Part shown: positions 26,676 to 26,802 of the stretch, piece after piece | Layout of the letters: every line of letters starts with the position of its first letter | Position numbering within the stretch: the stretch's first letter is position 1 | Assembly (NCBI GenBank): GCA_964658025.1 | Contig: CAZZXB010000009.1 | Span: forward strand, 14,809-41,610 | Reading direction: 5' to 3' | Origin: an uncultured Janthinobacterium sp. | GTDB taxonomy: Bacteria; Vulcanimicrobiota; Vulcanimicrobiia; Vulcanimicrobiales; Vulcanimicrobiaceae | Length of the DNA stretch: 26,802 nt | The notes under the pieces: model-generated | What the model was told of the DNA's origin: nothing | Database searches by the model: none | The model's input: only the letters and a program-made list of their open reading frames with translations | Position numbers and translations under genes: made by a program

Positions 26676-26802
26676 CGGCGTCCGCGCCTCCGGTCGCCGC
26701 CCGAGCGACGCCGCGGACCCGCGACCGTCGTTCGCGTGCCGCGATCTCGGCTTCGCTTCGCGCGACCTTCGCTGCGCCTGCCGCACGCTTCGCTTCGCAT
26801 GC

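Overview
High-GC bacterial core-metabolism window; composition and gene types tentatively suggest Eremiobacterota/Vulcanimicrobiota (inference only). In order: fumC (cut by the left edge, missing from the ORF track), a small secreted protein, an arylformamidase-like alpha/beta hydrolase, a beta-oxidation cluster (acyl-CoA ligase divergent from an unknown beta-barrel-like exported protein, a FadB/PimF-like multifunctional enzyme and a thiolase), a LuxR-type regulator, a complete 14-subunit nuoA-N operon on the minus strand, a divergent lipoprotein and a PanE/ApbA-family reductase. No mobile elements, CRISPR arrays or RNA genes were seen. The most unusual signal is inside complex I. NuoL has lost the highly conserved TM5 Glu (to Gly) and the neighbouring TM6 Arg (to Val), and has gained a Glu next to the TM11 Lys. 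NuoM carries Asp instead of its TM5 Glu, while NuoN/K/J/A/H look canonical. One or two micro-ORFs sit between nuoF and nuoG. This may be a complex I variant with a rewired distal proton pump. Residue equivalences come from recalled motifs, not a computed alignment.
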